Notes: generated from the sequence alone by a model not told the origin. A stretch of 63,987 nucleotides of DNA from an uncultured Candidatus Saccharibacteria bacterium (GCA_964646465.1 CAZYEN010000015.1:1-63987), one strand, 5' to 3'; positions 27,862-36,612 are shown, counted from the stretch's first letter. Program-made: numbers and translations.

Positions 27862-28761
27862 ATGAACATTGGAATTATAGGACTAGGAAGAATGGGAATG
27901 GCAATTGCAAAAAGAGCCATCAAACATAATCATAATGTGGCTGGATTTGCTCCTTCAATAGAAACTAGAGAATTAGCAGCTGCTTTTGGAGTTTCTCCTT
28001 ATGAATCTATTCCTGATTTAGTAGCTAGCCTACCCACACCACGAACAGTTTGGTTAATGGTGCCAGCTGGAGAAATAACTAGATCTACAATTACCATTTT
28101 AGCTGAAATTTTAGAAGCTGGAGACACCGTGATTGATGGAGGTAATAGTTATTTCAAAGATTCTCAAGCTCAAGCTGAATTATTAGAATCAAAATCAATT
28201 AATTTTATTGATGTTGGAACTAGTGGCGGACTTAAAGGAGAGCAAATTGGATTTTCTCTAATGATAGGAGGACAAAGGGAATTAGTTAATTCATACAATC
28301 TACTTTGGGAAGCACTTGCAGCTCCTGAGGCTTACGCCTATATTGGAGCAGCTGGGTCTGGGCATTTTGTCAAAATGGTACACAATGGAGTAGAATATGG
28401 AATTATGCAAGCAATGGCTGAAGGTTTTGAATTAGTCAAAAATGGGCCCTACCCAAATCTAGATTTACAACAAGTATCCAAAGTTTGGAAAAATGGCTCT
28501 ATTATTCGATCTTTCCTGATGGACTTAGCTTATGAGGCCTTCCAAAAAGATGCTAATCTAGATTCTCTAACCGATTATGTAGATGATAATGGTATGGGAC
28601 GATGGACTGTAGACACTGCTATTGAACACGCTGTGCCAGCTCCAGTTATTACCGATGCTGTTTTTGCAAGATTTAGGTCAAGACAAAATGAATCTTTTGC
28701 TGGTAAAACTCTAGCCGCTCTGAGAAATGAATTCGGCGGACATGAAGTGAAGAAGAAATAG
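27862..28761 (+). CDS. gnd: 6-phosphogluconate dehydrogenase (decarboxylating), short form
   Basis: IGIIGLGRMG Rossmann motif, GGNSYFKDS and HFVKMVHNGVEYG blocks. Length is 299 aa. Confidence 0.85.
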   Translation: MNIGIIGLGRMGMAIAKRAIKHNHNVAGFAPSIETRELAAAFGVSPYESIPDLVASLPTPRTVWLMVPAGEITRSTITILAEILEAGDTVIDGGNSYFKDSQAQAELLESKSINFIDVGTSGGLKGEQIGFSLMIGGQRELVNSYNLLWEALAAPEAYAYIGAAGSGHFVKMVHNGVEYGIMQAMAEGFELVKNGPYPNLDLQQVSKVWKNGSIIRSFLMDLAYEAFQKDANLDSLTDYVDDNGMGRWTVDTAIEHAVPAPVITDAVFARFRSRQNESFAGKTLAALRNEFGGHEVKKK

Positions 28762-28768
28762 CTTCTAA

Positions 28769-29311
28769 TTAAAGACTATAATCTTTAATTAGAATATTAT
28801 ACTTTTTATTCTGCTCAGCTATATCTTTTAACTGCTCTTCACTCACAGGAAAGTCAAAACAATCTTGAGTATAAGTGTCTTTATTTTTACAATTATCTTT
28901 AACTTCGGTATAAAAAGCAGCTTGAGTTTCTGTTTTAGTGAAATCCTGAGTATCAACAGTTAGAACTTCAACAGATTTACCAAAAGCCTCTGACAACACC
29001 ACAATATATTGCTTATTATCCTTTTTCTTACCTAATTGATACTCAGACTGATTACAAGGCAATTCATTTGAGCACTCTCTTAAAGTTAGTTTTTTATCCC
29101 CTTGAGTTAATTCACAACTTACCCCAGTTAAGTCTGTTTTGGCACAACCCTCTCCAGTTAAATTAATCTTAATGATTTCTGTACGAGGACTAAAAGCAGC
29201 AAATATAGCAGTAAAGACAGCTACTATAATAACAGCAATGATATTCCTAATCCACCTTTGATTACTGTTATTGGGAGTAGGCTCTAAAGCTAAATCTAGT
29301 CGATTGGGCAT
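28769..29311 (-). CDS. Hypothetical membrane-anchored Cys-rich protein
   Basis: One TM helix followed by a soluble domain with paired Cys residues. It overlaps the upstream glutaredoxin-like gene by 16 nt. Confidence 0.5.
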   Translation of the reverse strand: MPNRLDLALEPTPNNSNQRWIRNIIAVIIVAVFTAIFAAFSPRTEIIKINLTGEGCAKTDLTGVSCELTQGDKKLTLRECSNELPCNQSEYQLGKKKDNKQYIVVLSEAFGKSVEVLTVDTQDFTKTETQAAFYTEVKDNCKNKDTYTQDCFDFPVSEEQLKDIAEQNKKYNILIKDYSL

Positions 29312-29583
29312 ACTTTTTGAGTACTATCTTTGGTAACTTGCTCTGTTTTAGAGTAATTAGCATATAGATATTCAACAATAGCATCAGACTCATATAACAT
29401 AACTCCCTTCTCTTGGTCTACCAAAAATGGTACTTGCGGTTTATCTCCTAACTTCATCATCACCTCTCTTTGAGCTGAGCCGGTCTTTGAAATACGACAA
29501 ATAAAGTCTAGCTCTAAATCATTCAAAGCTACTCTTACTTTATGACAAAACGGACATTCTTCTCTTTGATATAGTTCTAACAT
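29296..29583 (-). CDS. Glutaredoxin-like protein
   Basis: CPFC redox motif at the N-terminus and a 95-aa thioredoxin fold pattern (VPFLVD...ESDAIVEYL). Confidence 0.75.
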   Translation of the reverse strand: MLELYQREECPFCHKVRVALNDLELDFICRISKTGSAQREVMMKLGDKPQVPFLVDQEKGVMLYESDAIVEYLYANYSKTEQVTKDSTQKVCPID

Positions 29584-29743
29584 ATATTTTTGATTAGCTT
29601 AATAATATAATTATAGTATAACATAAAAAAGCCCGTGATGAAATAGAAAAAGAGACTTGCATAAGCACGAGTCTCCTGTAAATTGTCACCGACGAACCCA
29701 TTCACCAAAAATTTTGGTAGGTTTCCGATAATAATTCTTTGAT

Positions 29744-29998
29744 TTATATTGTTTTTTTCTCCTTAGGAGGGGTTGGATTTACCAAATCATGATAAGCTTG
29801 AAGCTCCTGCTCACGGACCATAATCCAATAATTCACATCAATAGGATATATGTTTTGATGTCCAGCAACTTCATTCATCCTATCAAAAGGAAGAATATGT
29901 CCTGGACATGTCCGAGCGCATTGGACTTTTCTCCAGTAAGATTCTCTCCTCCAACTTTCTGCCCAAATAGGTCTAGGATTTAATTCAGTTAAAGTCAT
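29744..29998 (-). CDS. Hypothetical protein
   Basis: 84-aa ORF downstream of crtE on the same strand. A terminator hairpin GAGACT...AGTCTC plus a T-run follows it at about 29661-29690. I recognise no motif. Confidence 0.4.
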   Translation of the reverse strand: MTLTELNPRPIWAESWRRESYWRKVQCARTCPGHILPFDRMNEVAGHQNIYPIDVNYWIMVREQELQAYHDLVNPTPPKEKKTI

Positions 29999-30115
29999 TT
30001 TCTTAAAGTAGAATCATTTATTTATATATCACATTCTATAACATTTGTCAATAATTAACTACAAAATATAATTTTAAAAGAAAAAAGCTCCCGCCAAAAG
30101 CAAGAGCTTGTACAA

Positions 30116-31027
30116 TCATTCTGTACGGTTGACTATATAGTCAATTAGAGCTAATAGCGGCTCTGCTAGACCATTTTGGTTATATGGTTCCAGAGCCTGT
30201 TTAGACTCGGTCACTAGAGATTTAACACGCCTCCTACACCTCGCTAAACCCAATAACTTTAGATAAGCGGATTTATCAGCGATCAGATCCCTACCATCAG
30301 TCTTACCTAACACTTCAGCGTTAGCGGTGAAATCAAGTATATCATCACTTATCTGAAAGGCCAGACAAATACACTTGGCATAGACTCGCAGAGCCTCTAT
30401 CAAATTTTCATCTGCTCCACCGATTATAGCTCCACTGACTACAGAGGCGCGTAATAAAGAGCCTGTCTTATGGAGATGTATGTATTCAAGGGTTTCGAGA
30501 TTCACCTCCTTACCTTCACATTCTAGATCCACTACTTGGCCACCCATTAAACCAGGAGCACCCGAGGCAAGCGAAATCTCGCCTACAACCGCTAGCAAAC
30601 GCTCAGCCGGCACACCAGGACTACGCGAGATCATCTCAAAAGCACGGACTAGCAAGGAGTTCCCTGCTAAGATAGCCATTGCCTCCCCATAAACCTTATG
30701 ATTCGTTGGCCGACCTTGTCGTAAATCATAATTATTCATGGGTGGGAGGTCGTCATGTATTAGAGCTGAAGTATGAATCATTTCTAATGCTACCGCTGTA
30801 AGCATGGCTTGGTCTACTGCACCTCCAGCCAGCTCGCAAGCAGCTAGACATAATATCGGCCTTAACCGCTTACCATCATTCAGAAGGGAATACCTCATTG
30901 ACTCCCTAAGGGTATTTGGCATATCAATATCCAGACTCAATGCTTGATCAAGAGCCTCCTCAATCTGTACACGTCTATCCCCAATATATTTAGTAAATTC
31001 AAACTTATCAGAATTTTTACTAGCCAT
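30116..31027 (-). CDS. crtE: Polyprenyl (geranylgeranyl) diphosphate synthase, cyanobacterial CrtE-like
   Basis: Blocks GKRLRPILCLAACEL, LIHDDLPPMNNYDLRQGRPTNHKVYGE, HKTGSLL and FQISDDILD. I chose the start at 31027 (MASKNS...) because AAGGAG lies 9 nt upstream; the track ORF extends to 31087. G+C is far above its neighbours. Confidence 0.8.
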   Translation of the reverse strand: MASKNSDKFEFTKYIGDRRVQIEEALDQALSLDIDMPNTLRESMRYSLLNDGKRLRPILCLAACELAGGAVDQAMLTAVALEMIHTSALIHDDLPPMNNYDLRQGRPTNHKVYGEAMAILAGNSLLVRAFEMISRSPGVPAERLLAVVGEISLASGAPGLMGGQVVDLECEGKEVNLETLEYIHLHKTGSLLRASVVSGAIIGGADENLIEALRVYAKCICLAFQISDDILDFTANAEVLGKTDGRDLIADKSAYLKLLGLARCRRRVKSLVTESKQALEPYNQNGLAEPLLALIDYIVNRTE

Positions 31028-31209
31028 TTTAAAGAACTCCTTCTCGCTGAAGCGAGAATAGATTAACCCTACACTTATATCATACACTGCTCTCTTTGTC
31101 TATGTCTACGATGTTTCTCATCTTGTTGTATTGATATTGTATAGTATAATTGAATAAAATCTTTAGATTTGCTATAATTAAACTTAAATATAGCTTAATA
31201 TAATAAATT

Positions 31210-33573
31210 ATGCCACTTACATCAAAATATGAGATTACCGAACGCGAAGCCTATTGGCGTGAATTTTGGGCTAAACAGAATATCTATGCCTTTGATGAGA
31301 ATTCAGACAAACCAATTTTCTCCGTAGATACTCCTCCACCCTATGTCTCAGCGGATCACTTACATCCAGGACATATTATGAGCTATTCTCAAGCTGAATT
31401 CGTGGTACGATTCAAGCGAATGCAAGGGTATAATGTCTTTTACCCCATGGGATTTGATAATAATGGACTACCAACTGAGAGACATGTAGAAAAGAAATAT
31501 AAAATCAAGAATAAAGATGCTATTAGTAGGTCTGAATTTGTAAAATTATGTCTGGAGGAAACTCAAAAAGGGATACAAACATATCGTAATCTCTGGTCAC
31601 TTTTGGGTATATCCGTAGATTGGTCTAAGACTTATTCCTCTATCAATCCCCACTCTCAGAAAATCGCTCAGTGGTCATTTTTAGATTTATATAAAAAAGG
31701 CTTATTGACCCAAAGAGAAGAGCCTATAATGTGGGATATTAGCTTTCAGTCGGCTCTTGCTCAGACTGACCTAGAAGATTCAGAGCAGGACTCGAACCTA
31801 AATGATATAATCTTTAAATCCGAACAATCAGGAGAAGACCTAGTTATAGCAACGACAAGACCCGAGTTAATCCCAGCCGCAGTCGCTCTATTCTTCCATC
31901 CTGAAGATAGTCGTTATCAACATCTAATCGGGACTAAGGCTATTACTCCAATTTCAGGACATACTGTGCCAATTTTGACAGACGAGACCGTAGACAAAGA
32001 TTTTGGAACTGGTTTAATGATGGTTTGTACTTGGGGAGATAATGAGGACATAGCCAAATGGAAAAAATATAATCTTGAGACTAGACTCATATTCAATCAA
32101 AAAGGAATTCTAAATGATCTAGCTGGAGCTTATGCTGGAGGACATATTAGCAAATTAAGAAAGACTATAATAGAAGACTTGCAAAATCAAAACTTATTAG
32201 TCAAACAAACCCCTATCACCCACACCATCCAAGTCTCAGAAAGGTCAAGCACCCCAATAGAATTCATACTAACCAAACAGTGGTTTATCAATGTAGTAGA
32301 GCATAAAGAATGCCTATTAGAGCAAGGTAAAAAACTAAATTGGTATCCAAAAAGGATGTTCTCCATCTACTCTGACTGGGTTAGCTCACTCAAATGGGAT
32401 TGGTGTATTTCAAGACAAAGATACTATGGAGTCCCAATTCCAGTGTGGTATCATAAACAAACTGGAGAGGTGATTTTACCTCAAGAAGATGAATTACCCG
32501 TTGATCCAACCGAATATACTCCACGAGGTTATAAAGCTGAAGATTTAATCCCTGAACATGATGTACTAGACACCTGGATGACTTCCTCTATGTCTCCTGA
32601 AATTGGAGCTAAATTAGTATCTAATCCTGAGATTAGTGCTAAATTATTCCCATCTAGCCTACGACCCCAGGCCTTCGAGATCATCCGAACATGGCTATTC
32701 TATACAGTCACTAAAGCTTATTTTCATCATAATACTCTACCCTTTAGCGATGTGATGATATCGGGGCATGGTCTAGACAATCAAGGAAGAAAAATTAGTA
32801 AAAGATTAGGTAATTTTACCCCACCAGAGCAAACCATAGCCACTTATGGAGCTGATGCTATGAGATATTGGGCTACTGGTACAACTTTGGGAGAGAATAT
32901 CCGATATAATGAAGATGAAATAAAAAAAGGTAAGAAAACCGTCAATAAACTATTCAATGTTGGTAAATTTGCTGAATTACATTTACAAAATTTCAAGCTA
33001 CCAGAGCAAAAACCTGAACTAGAATTAATCGACAAATGGATTTTAGCTGAGTTAAATCAAACTATCCAAATAGCTACCGATAGCTTCGATCAATATGAAT
33101 ATTATAAGGCTAGAACCGCTGTAGATAGCTTATTCTGGAATAAACTTACTGATTATTATCTGGAGTTAATCAAATACAGACTATATGATGAGAATCCAGA
33201 AGGTCAAAAATCTCGTCTGGCAGCTCAGTATACTCTATATACAGTATTGGAACAGATACTAAAATTATATGCCCCAATATTGCCATTTATCACTGAAGAG
33301 ATATATCACGGACTATACACTAAGACTGATACTGAGAGCATCCATACATCCAACTGGCCAATCACCAATTCCAACTGGCAACTCTCTAGTGATGAACACA
33401 ATCTAATTACAGATATACTAGCAGTCATCGAAGCCGTACGGGCTTATAAGTCCCAGAATAGTATTTCTCTAGGAAAGGAAATCACGACTTATACCTATAC
33501 CTCTACCCAAGATTTAAGCCCATACGAAGACTTCCTAGCCAAAGCCCTCAGAGTTGGTAAATTGGTGAAGTAA
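31210..33573 (+). CDS. valS: Valyl-tRNA synthetase (archaeal-like short form)
   Basis: Class I aaRS with DTPPPYVSADHLHPGH (HIGH), KISKRLGN (KMSKS), an editing insertion and a GFDNNGLPTE block. The Val assignment rests on the N-terminal pattern and is not verified. Confidence 0.7.
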   Translation: MPLTSKYEITEREAYWREFWAKQNIYAFDENSDKPIFSVDTPPPYVSADHLHPGHIMSYSQAEFVVRFKRMQGYNVFYPMGFDNNGLPTERHVEKKYKIKNKDAISRSEFVKLCLEETQKGIQTYRNLWSLLGISVDWSKTYSSINPHSQKIAQWSFLDLYKKGLLTQREEPIMWDISFQSALAQTDLEDSEQDSNLNDIIFKSEQSGEDLVIATTRPELIPAAVALFFHPEDSRYQHLIGTKAITPISGHTVPILTDETVDKDFGTGLMMVCTWGDNEDIAKWKKYNLETRLIFNQKGILNDLAGAYAGGHISKLRKTIIEDLQNQNLLVKQTPITHTIQVSERSSTPIEFILTKQWFINVVEHKECLLEQGKKLNWYPKRMFSIYSDWVSSLKWDWCISRQRYYGVPIPVWYHKQTGEVILPQEDELPVDPTEYTPRGYKAEDLIPEHDVLDTWMTSSMSPEIGAKLVSNPEISAKLFPSSLRPQAFEIIRTWLFYTVTKAYFHHNTLPFSDVMISGHGLDNQGRKISKRLGNFTPPEQTIATYGADAMRYWATGTTLGENIRYNEDEIKKGKKTVNKLFNVGKFAELHLQNFKLPEQKPELELIDKWILAELNQTIQIATDSFDQYEYYKARTAVDSLFWNKLTDYYLELIKYRLYDENPEGQKSRLAAQYTLYTVLEQILKLYAPILPFITEEIYHGLYTKTDTESIHTSNWPITNSNWQLSSDEHNLITDILAVIEAVRAYKSQNSISLGKEITTYTYTSTQDLSPYEDFLAKALRVGKLVK

Positions 33574-33660
33574 AAGTTTATATTCAAAATAAAAAAGAAA
33601 AAAGCACCCAGTCATTGACTAGATGCTAAAAGATTGAACTCAGGAGGGTAACCCTCAAAA

Positions 33661-33808
33661 TGGGAGTGGCTGGATTTGAACCAACTCTTTTGGATTAAAT
33701 TCAAGATATTTGTGTGGGTGCCAAATATCCCGAAAGTGATTAGAGTTTCCAAGAGGCGCCTCTCTAATCCCAAAAGCTCCTTGAGATACATAAAGCATCT
33801 CCACCCCC
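33661..33808 (-). ncRNA. 148-nt tRNA-like RNA of unknown class
   Basis: A 7-bp acceptor GGGGGUG/CACUCCC with discriminator A. A canonical T-arm GUUGG-UUCAAAU-CCAGC. In place of the anticodon arm there is a long helix CUUUUGG(G)AUU/AAUCCAAAAG enclosing two perfect 8-bp hairpins (GAUUAGAG/CUCUAAUC and GAUAUUUG/CAAAUAUC). It is co-transcribed with the tRNA-Val. Confidence 0.5.
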
Positions 33809-33817
33809 GAGGGGAAA

Positions 33818-33889
33818 CGGCGGATGGTGGATTCGAACCCCCGACTTCCTGATTGTAATGCAGTCACTCTAACTCTGAGTTAATCCGCC
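33818..33889 (-). tRNA. tRNA-Val(UAC), degenerate
   Basis: Acceptor GGCGGAT/ATCCGCC, T-loop TTCGAAT and anticodon loop ATTACAA. The anticodon stem has only 3 Watson-Crick pairs (ACTGC/TCAGG), the T-stem has a G-A mismatch, and the D-loop lacks GG. Confidence 0.6.
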
Positions 33890-33903
33890 GTGAACCGTAT
33901 ATT

Positions 33904-33932
33904 ATTATAAGCATATTTTATTAATTGTCAAG
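33904..33932 (-). promoter_or_regulatory. Consensus sigma70 promoter of the tRNA-Val / tRNA-like RNA operon
   Basis: On the reverse strand: TTGACA (33927-33932), a 17-nt spacer, TATAAT (33904-33909). The tRNA 5' end lies about 15 nt downstream of the -10. Confidence 0.7.
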
Positions 33933-34051
33933 AGATTGTATTTTTGTAACCCTATGCTCTCGAGGAGGTAAATATAAAATCTAAAGACACGTCAAATAAA
34001 AAACCCTCCAGCCAGTCGGCGAAGAGGGTAAGTAAAGTGTGTATGGAGAGA

Positions 34052-34321
34052 CTACGAAGGAGTCGGCCTAGAAACAAGGAACATTGCGTTCCGAGTGTCC
34101 TGTTGAGTGTCAGTGGGAATACCCAAGACACTACAGGCAGATCCCAAGAAAGAGTAATTCTGAAAAAATGCACAAAATAAATCAACTGAGATTTTGCTTT
34201 CAGCAGCATTCCTGTAAAACCAATACACCGAATCTCGCAATTCATCAAAACACTCTCTGGAGCGATTCAGACTATACTGATTGTAGCTCTCACCGATAAC
34301 TTGAATGAAAGGTTCCATCAT
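34052..34321 (-). CDS. Hypothetical protein (about 89 aa)
   Basis: GGAGG precedes the ATGATG at 34316-34321. A terminator CCCTC...GAGGG plus T-run lies at about 33985-34015 on the reverse strand. No motif is recognised, and the region is GC-elevated. Confidence 0.35.
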   Translation of the reverse strand: MMEPFIQVIGESYNQYSLNRSRECFDELRDSVYWFYRNAAESKISVDLFCAFFQNYSFLGSACSVLGIPTDTQQDTRNAMFLVSRPTPS

Positions 34322-34742
34322 TAAACCTCCACTGAAAAGGGACATTATTTTTATAGCATATAATGTTTTATTCTGCAAGAAAAAATCCCCCCAAACCATA
34401 ACCGGTAGGGAGGAGATAAGGATGGGTGTGAGTTATTGTGGCAGCAACTTATTTAAGGCCTCAGTAATGTCAATAGGAAAACTTATTCTATAGTACGGAC
34501 ATTGAGGATGAGCTCCTGTACGACAATCTATCAAAATCTTATCTAGCATTGTCTTATTAGCAATGATTTCATTATATATTGTTTACCAAACTTCAGCTTC
34601 ATTTTCTTCAGATATTGCTTGCCTAGCTTGTGCTTCTGTCAGTACTACATCCCAATGTTCAGCCGAGATGTAAAAGTCTATAAGTTGTGGTGTTGCCATA
34701 CACAGCCACCTTAATCAGGACACATAATTTATACCCTAAAAT

Positions 34743-35522
34743 CTAATTTTTTGCAAATATAGAATGAATATTTAGCCTTTTATTTACCCAAGCCCAATAC
34801 CCTACTCCAGCCACCACCAACCACCAGAATCCAAGCCAGCCTGCAATTCCAATCCAAAAGACCAAACTCCAGAGTCCAGATAAACTGAGCCAATAGGCAA
34901 TATTATTATCCAGACTTTTGCGTTTTGGAAATAATAGATAGAATCCCCAAAAAGCTAATAAACTAGTCACCATCCAACCAAAGAAATTCATCAAAGGTAC
35001 TCCATAATACCAGCCTTGAATTTCCCAAACCCAAAAACCTAAAGCCGTCGCTCCTGGGTCAAGAATCAAATCAAAAGTCGTCATCAAAATAGCTCCAACT
35101 AGAATCTTGAGCCACATTCTCTTGATGCCAAGCCTACTTACCAATATCAAACTAAAGAAAAAAATTGGCACCCAAGATAAACTCACCGTCCAAGGTACTA
35201 ACCCGAAGACTTTGAGATTCCCCAACACCTCCCCATATACAAAATTACTATATGGCCATCCCGTAACAATTGCAAAAGACTCTATCAAGAGTGGATAGAT
35301 GAATATTATTAATATTTTCCACCAATCTTGTCTCCAATTACACCATTTTGAGAGTCCATATAATATAGGCAGCGCAATCAAAACATTGGTCAACTGCGAG
35401 ATTACTTGGAATATCCAAAAGGGAAAAGGTAATGCTTCTGGCCTCAGACTAAAATAGACCACAAAGAATCCACTTAAAACCAAGATAATGGTTGGGATAA
35501 TTAGTAATAATTTTTTCTGCAT
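34743..35522 (-). CDS. Carotenoid biosynthesis membrane protein (DUF422 / CruF-like hydratase family)
   Basis: A 259-aa polytopic, Trp-rich membrane protein, divergent from a UbiA prenyltransferase and next to a CrtI-family desaturase. The family call is by architecture and context. Confidence 0.55.
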   Translation of the reverse strand: MQKKLLLIIPTIILVLSGFFVVYFSLRPEALPFPFWIFQVISQLTNVLIALPILYGLSKWCNWRQDWWKILIIFIYPLLIESFAIVTGWPYSNFVYGEVLGNLKVFGLVPWTVSLSWVPIFFFSLILVSRLGIKRMWLKILVGAILMTTFDLILDPGATALGFWVWEIQGWYYGVPLMNFFGWMVTSLLAFWGFYLLFPKRKSLDNNIAYWLSLSGLWSLVFWIGIAGWLGFWWLVVAGVGYWAWVNKRLNIHSIFAKN

Positions 35523-35557
35523 ATATGATATACTTATTATTATATAATTATATCATA

Positions 35558-36397
35558 ATGAGTATTACTAAACTATTACAAATTTCCAGACCCAGATTTT
35601 GGATTTATCTATTAGGACCCTATTTAATTGGGAGTATTCTTGCCTTTGATCCAATGCAGATTATCTGGCAATGGCAGTTTTGGCTAGGGTTTATCTATTT
35701 TACCCTACCTGCTAACCTTTTGATTTATGGGATCAATGATATTTTTGATTATGAGACTGATAAACTCAATCCCAAAAAACAAAATTATGAGGCTCTAGTC
35801 ACTCCTGCTGAGCATATTTCGGTTTGGACTGTAATTTTGCTAACTAATATACCTTTTATTCTAGCTATATATTGGCTGAACCCTTTGACTTTATTTGGCT
35901 GGCTGGGGTTTATTATCTTGGGAGTGCAATATTCAGCTTGGCCAATTCGAGCTAAAGCTAAGCCTTTTTTAGACTCTATTTTTAATATACTATATGTTTT
36001 CCCTGGAGTAATTGGCTATACTTTATTCGCTCAGAGCCTGAATTTAGATTGGCGATTATTATTGAGTGCTGGACTTTGGACTATGGCTATGCATACTTAC
36101 TCAGCAATTCCCGATATTGACACTGATAGACAGAGCAAAACTAATACTATTGCAACAATGTTAGGCTCAAAATCAACCCTCATTTATTGTTTTATCTGCT
36201 ATACCCTATCAGGAATATTTTTAGCTCAGTTTAGCACAACTCTTGGGGTTTTGATTGCCATTGTATATGGATTTATGATTGGCTTTAGCTGGTCTACTAA
36301 TACGGCTAAAATTTTCAAATTATATACTTATTTCCCCTTACTTAATACTGTTATTGGGTTTATTTTATTCTGGAGTATTATGATTTGGTATAGGTAA
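35558..36397 (+). CDS. UbiA-family prenyltransferase (lycopene-elongase LyeJ-like)
   Basis: Asp-rich motifs NDIFDYETD and IPDIDTDRQ, with about 8 TM helices. The start at 35558 (MSITKLLQISRPRFW) is preferred over the track start 35525. Confidence 0.7.
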   Translation: MSITKLLQISRPRFWIYLLGPYLIGSILAFDPMQIIWQWQFWLGFIYFTLPANLLIYGINDIFDYETDKLNPKKQNYEALVTPAEHISVWTVILLTNIPFILAIYWLNPLTLFGWLGFIILGVQYSAWPIRAKAKPFLDSIFNILYVFPGVIGYTLFAQSLNLDWRLLLSAGLWTMAMHTYSAIPDIDTDRQSKTNTIATMLGSKSTLIYCFICYTLSGIFLAQFSTTLGVLIAIVYGFMIGFSWSTNTAKIFKLYTYFPLLNTVIGFILFWSIMIWYR

Positions 36398-36426
36398 ACT
36401 GTTTGATGAGGTGATTATGAATTTAT

Positions 36427-36481
36427 GTAGGGGCGGTTATTTTGTCCTCCTTTGAAGGAGGTGGCCATAGGCCGGAGGTGG
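36427..36481 (+). repeat. GC-rich GTAG-hairpin repeat (family with TATTTTGTCCTCC core)
   Basis: In GTAGGGGCGGTTATTTTGTCCTCCTTTGAAGGAGGTGGCCATAGGCCGGAGGTGG the hairpin is CCTCC-TTTGAA-GGAGG. The 13-nt core recurs at 40784-40796. A second hairpin CCCCC-TCCAAA-GGGGG lies around 36567-36590. Confidence 0.6.
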
Positions 36482-36612
36482 ATAAATACTAATTATCAGT
36501 ATAAGTTAAATATGAGAGTAAATTATATTTATGATTATAACTATATCCATACCCTCCCCCTTCGGGTACCCCCTCCAAAGGGGGGCAAATAAAGAGAGGA
36601 TGAAATACTTCC

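Noticed and set aside
33661-33808. Interpreting the 148-nt tRNA-like RNA as a tmRNA
   Set aside because: It is far shorter than any bacterial tmRNA I know. The G-U pair is at position 4:69 rather than the G3:U70 alanine identity pair. The only candidate tag frame (GCA CCC ACA CAA ATA TCT TGA = APTQIS) lacks the usual hydrophobic Ala-rich end. I kept it as an unclassified tRNA-like RNA instead.
33655-33867. 70-aa ORF on the reverse strand
   Set aside because: It is made entirely of the tRNA-Val and tRNA-like RNA sequences and is not coding.
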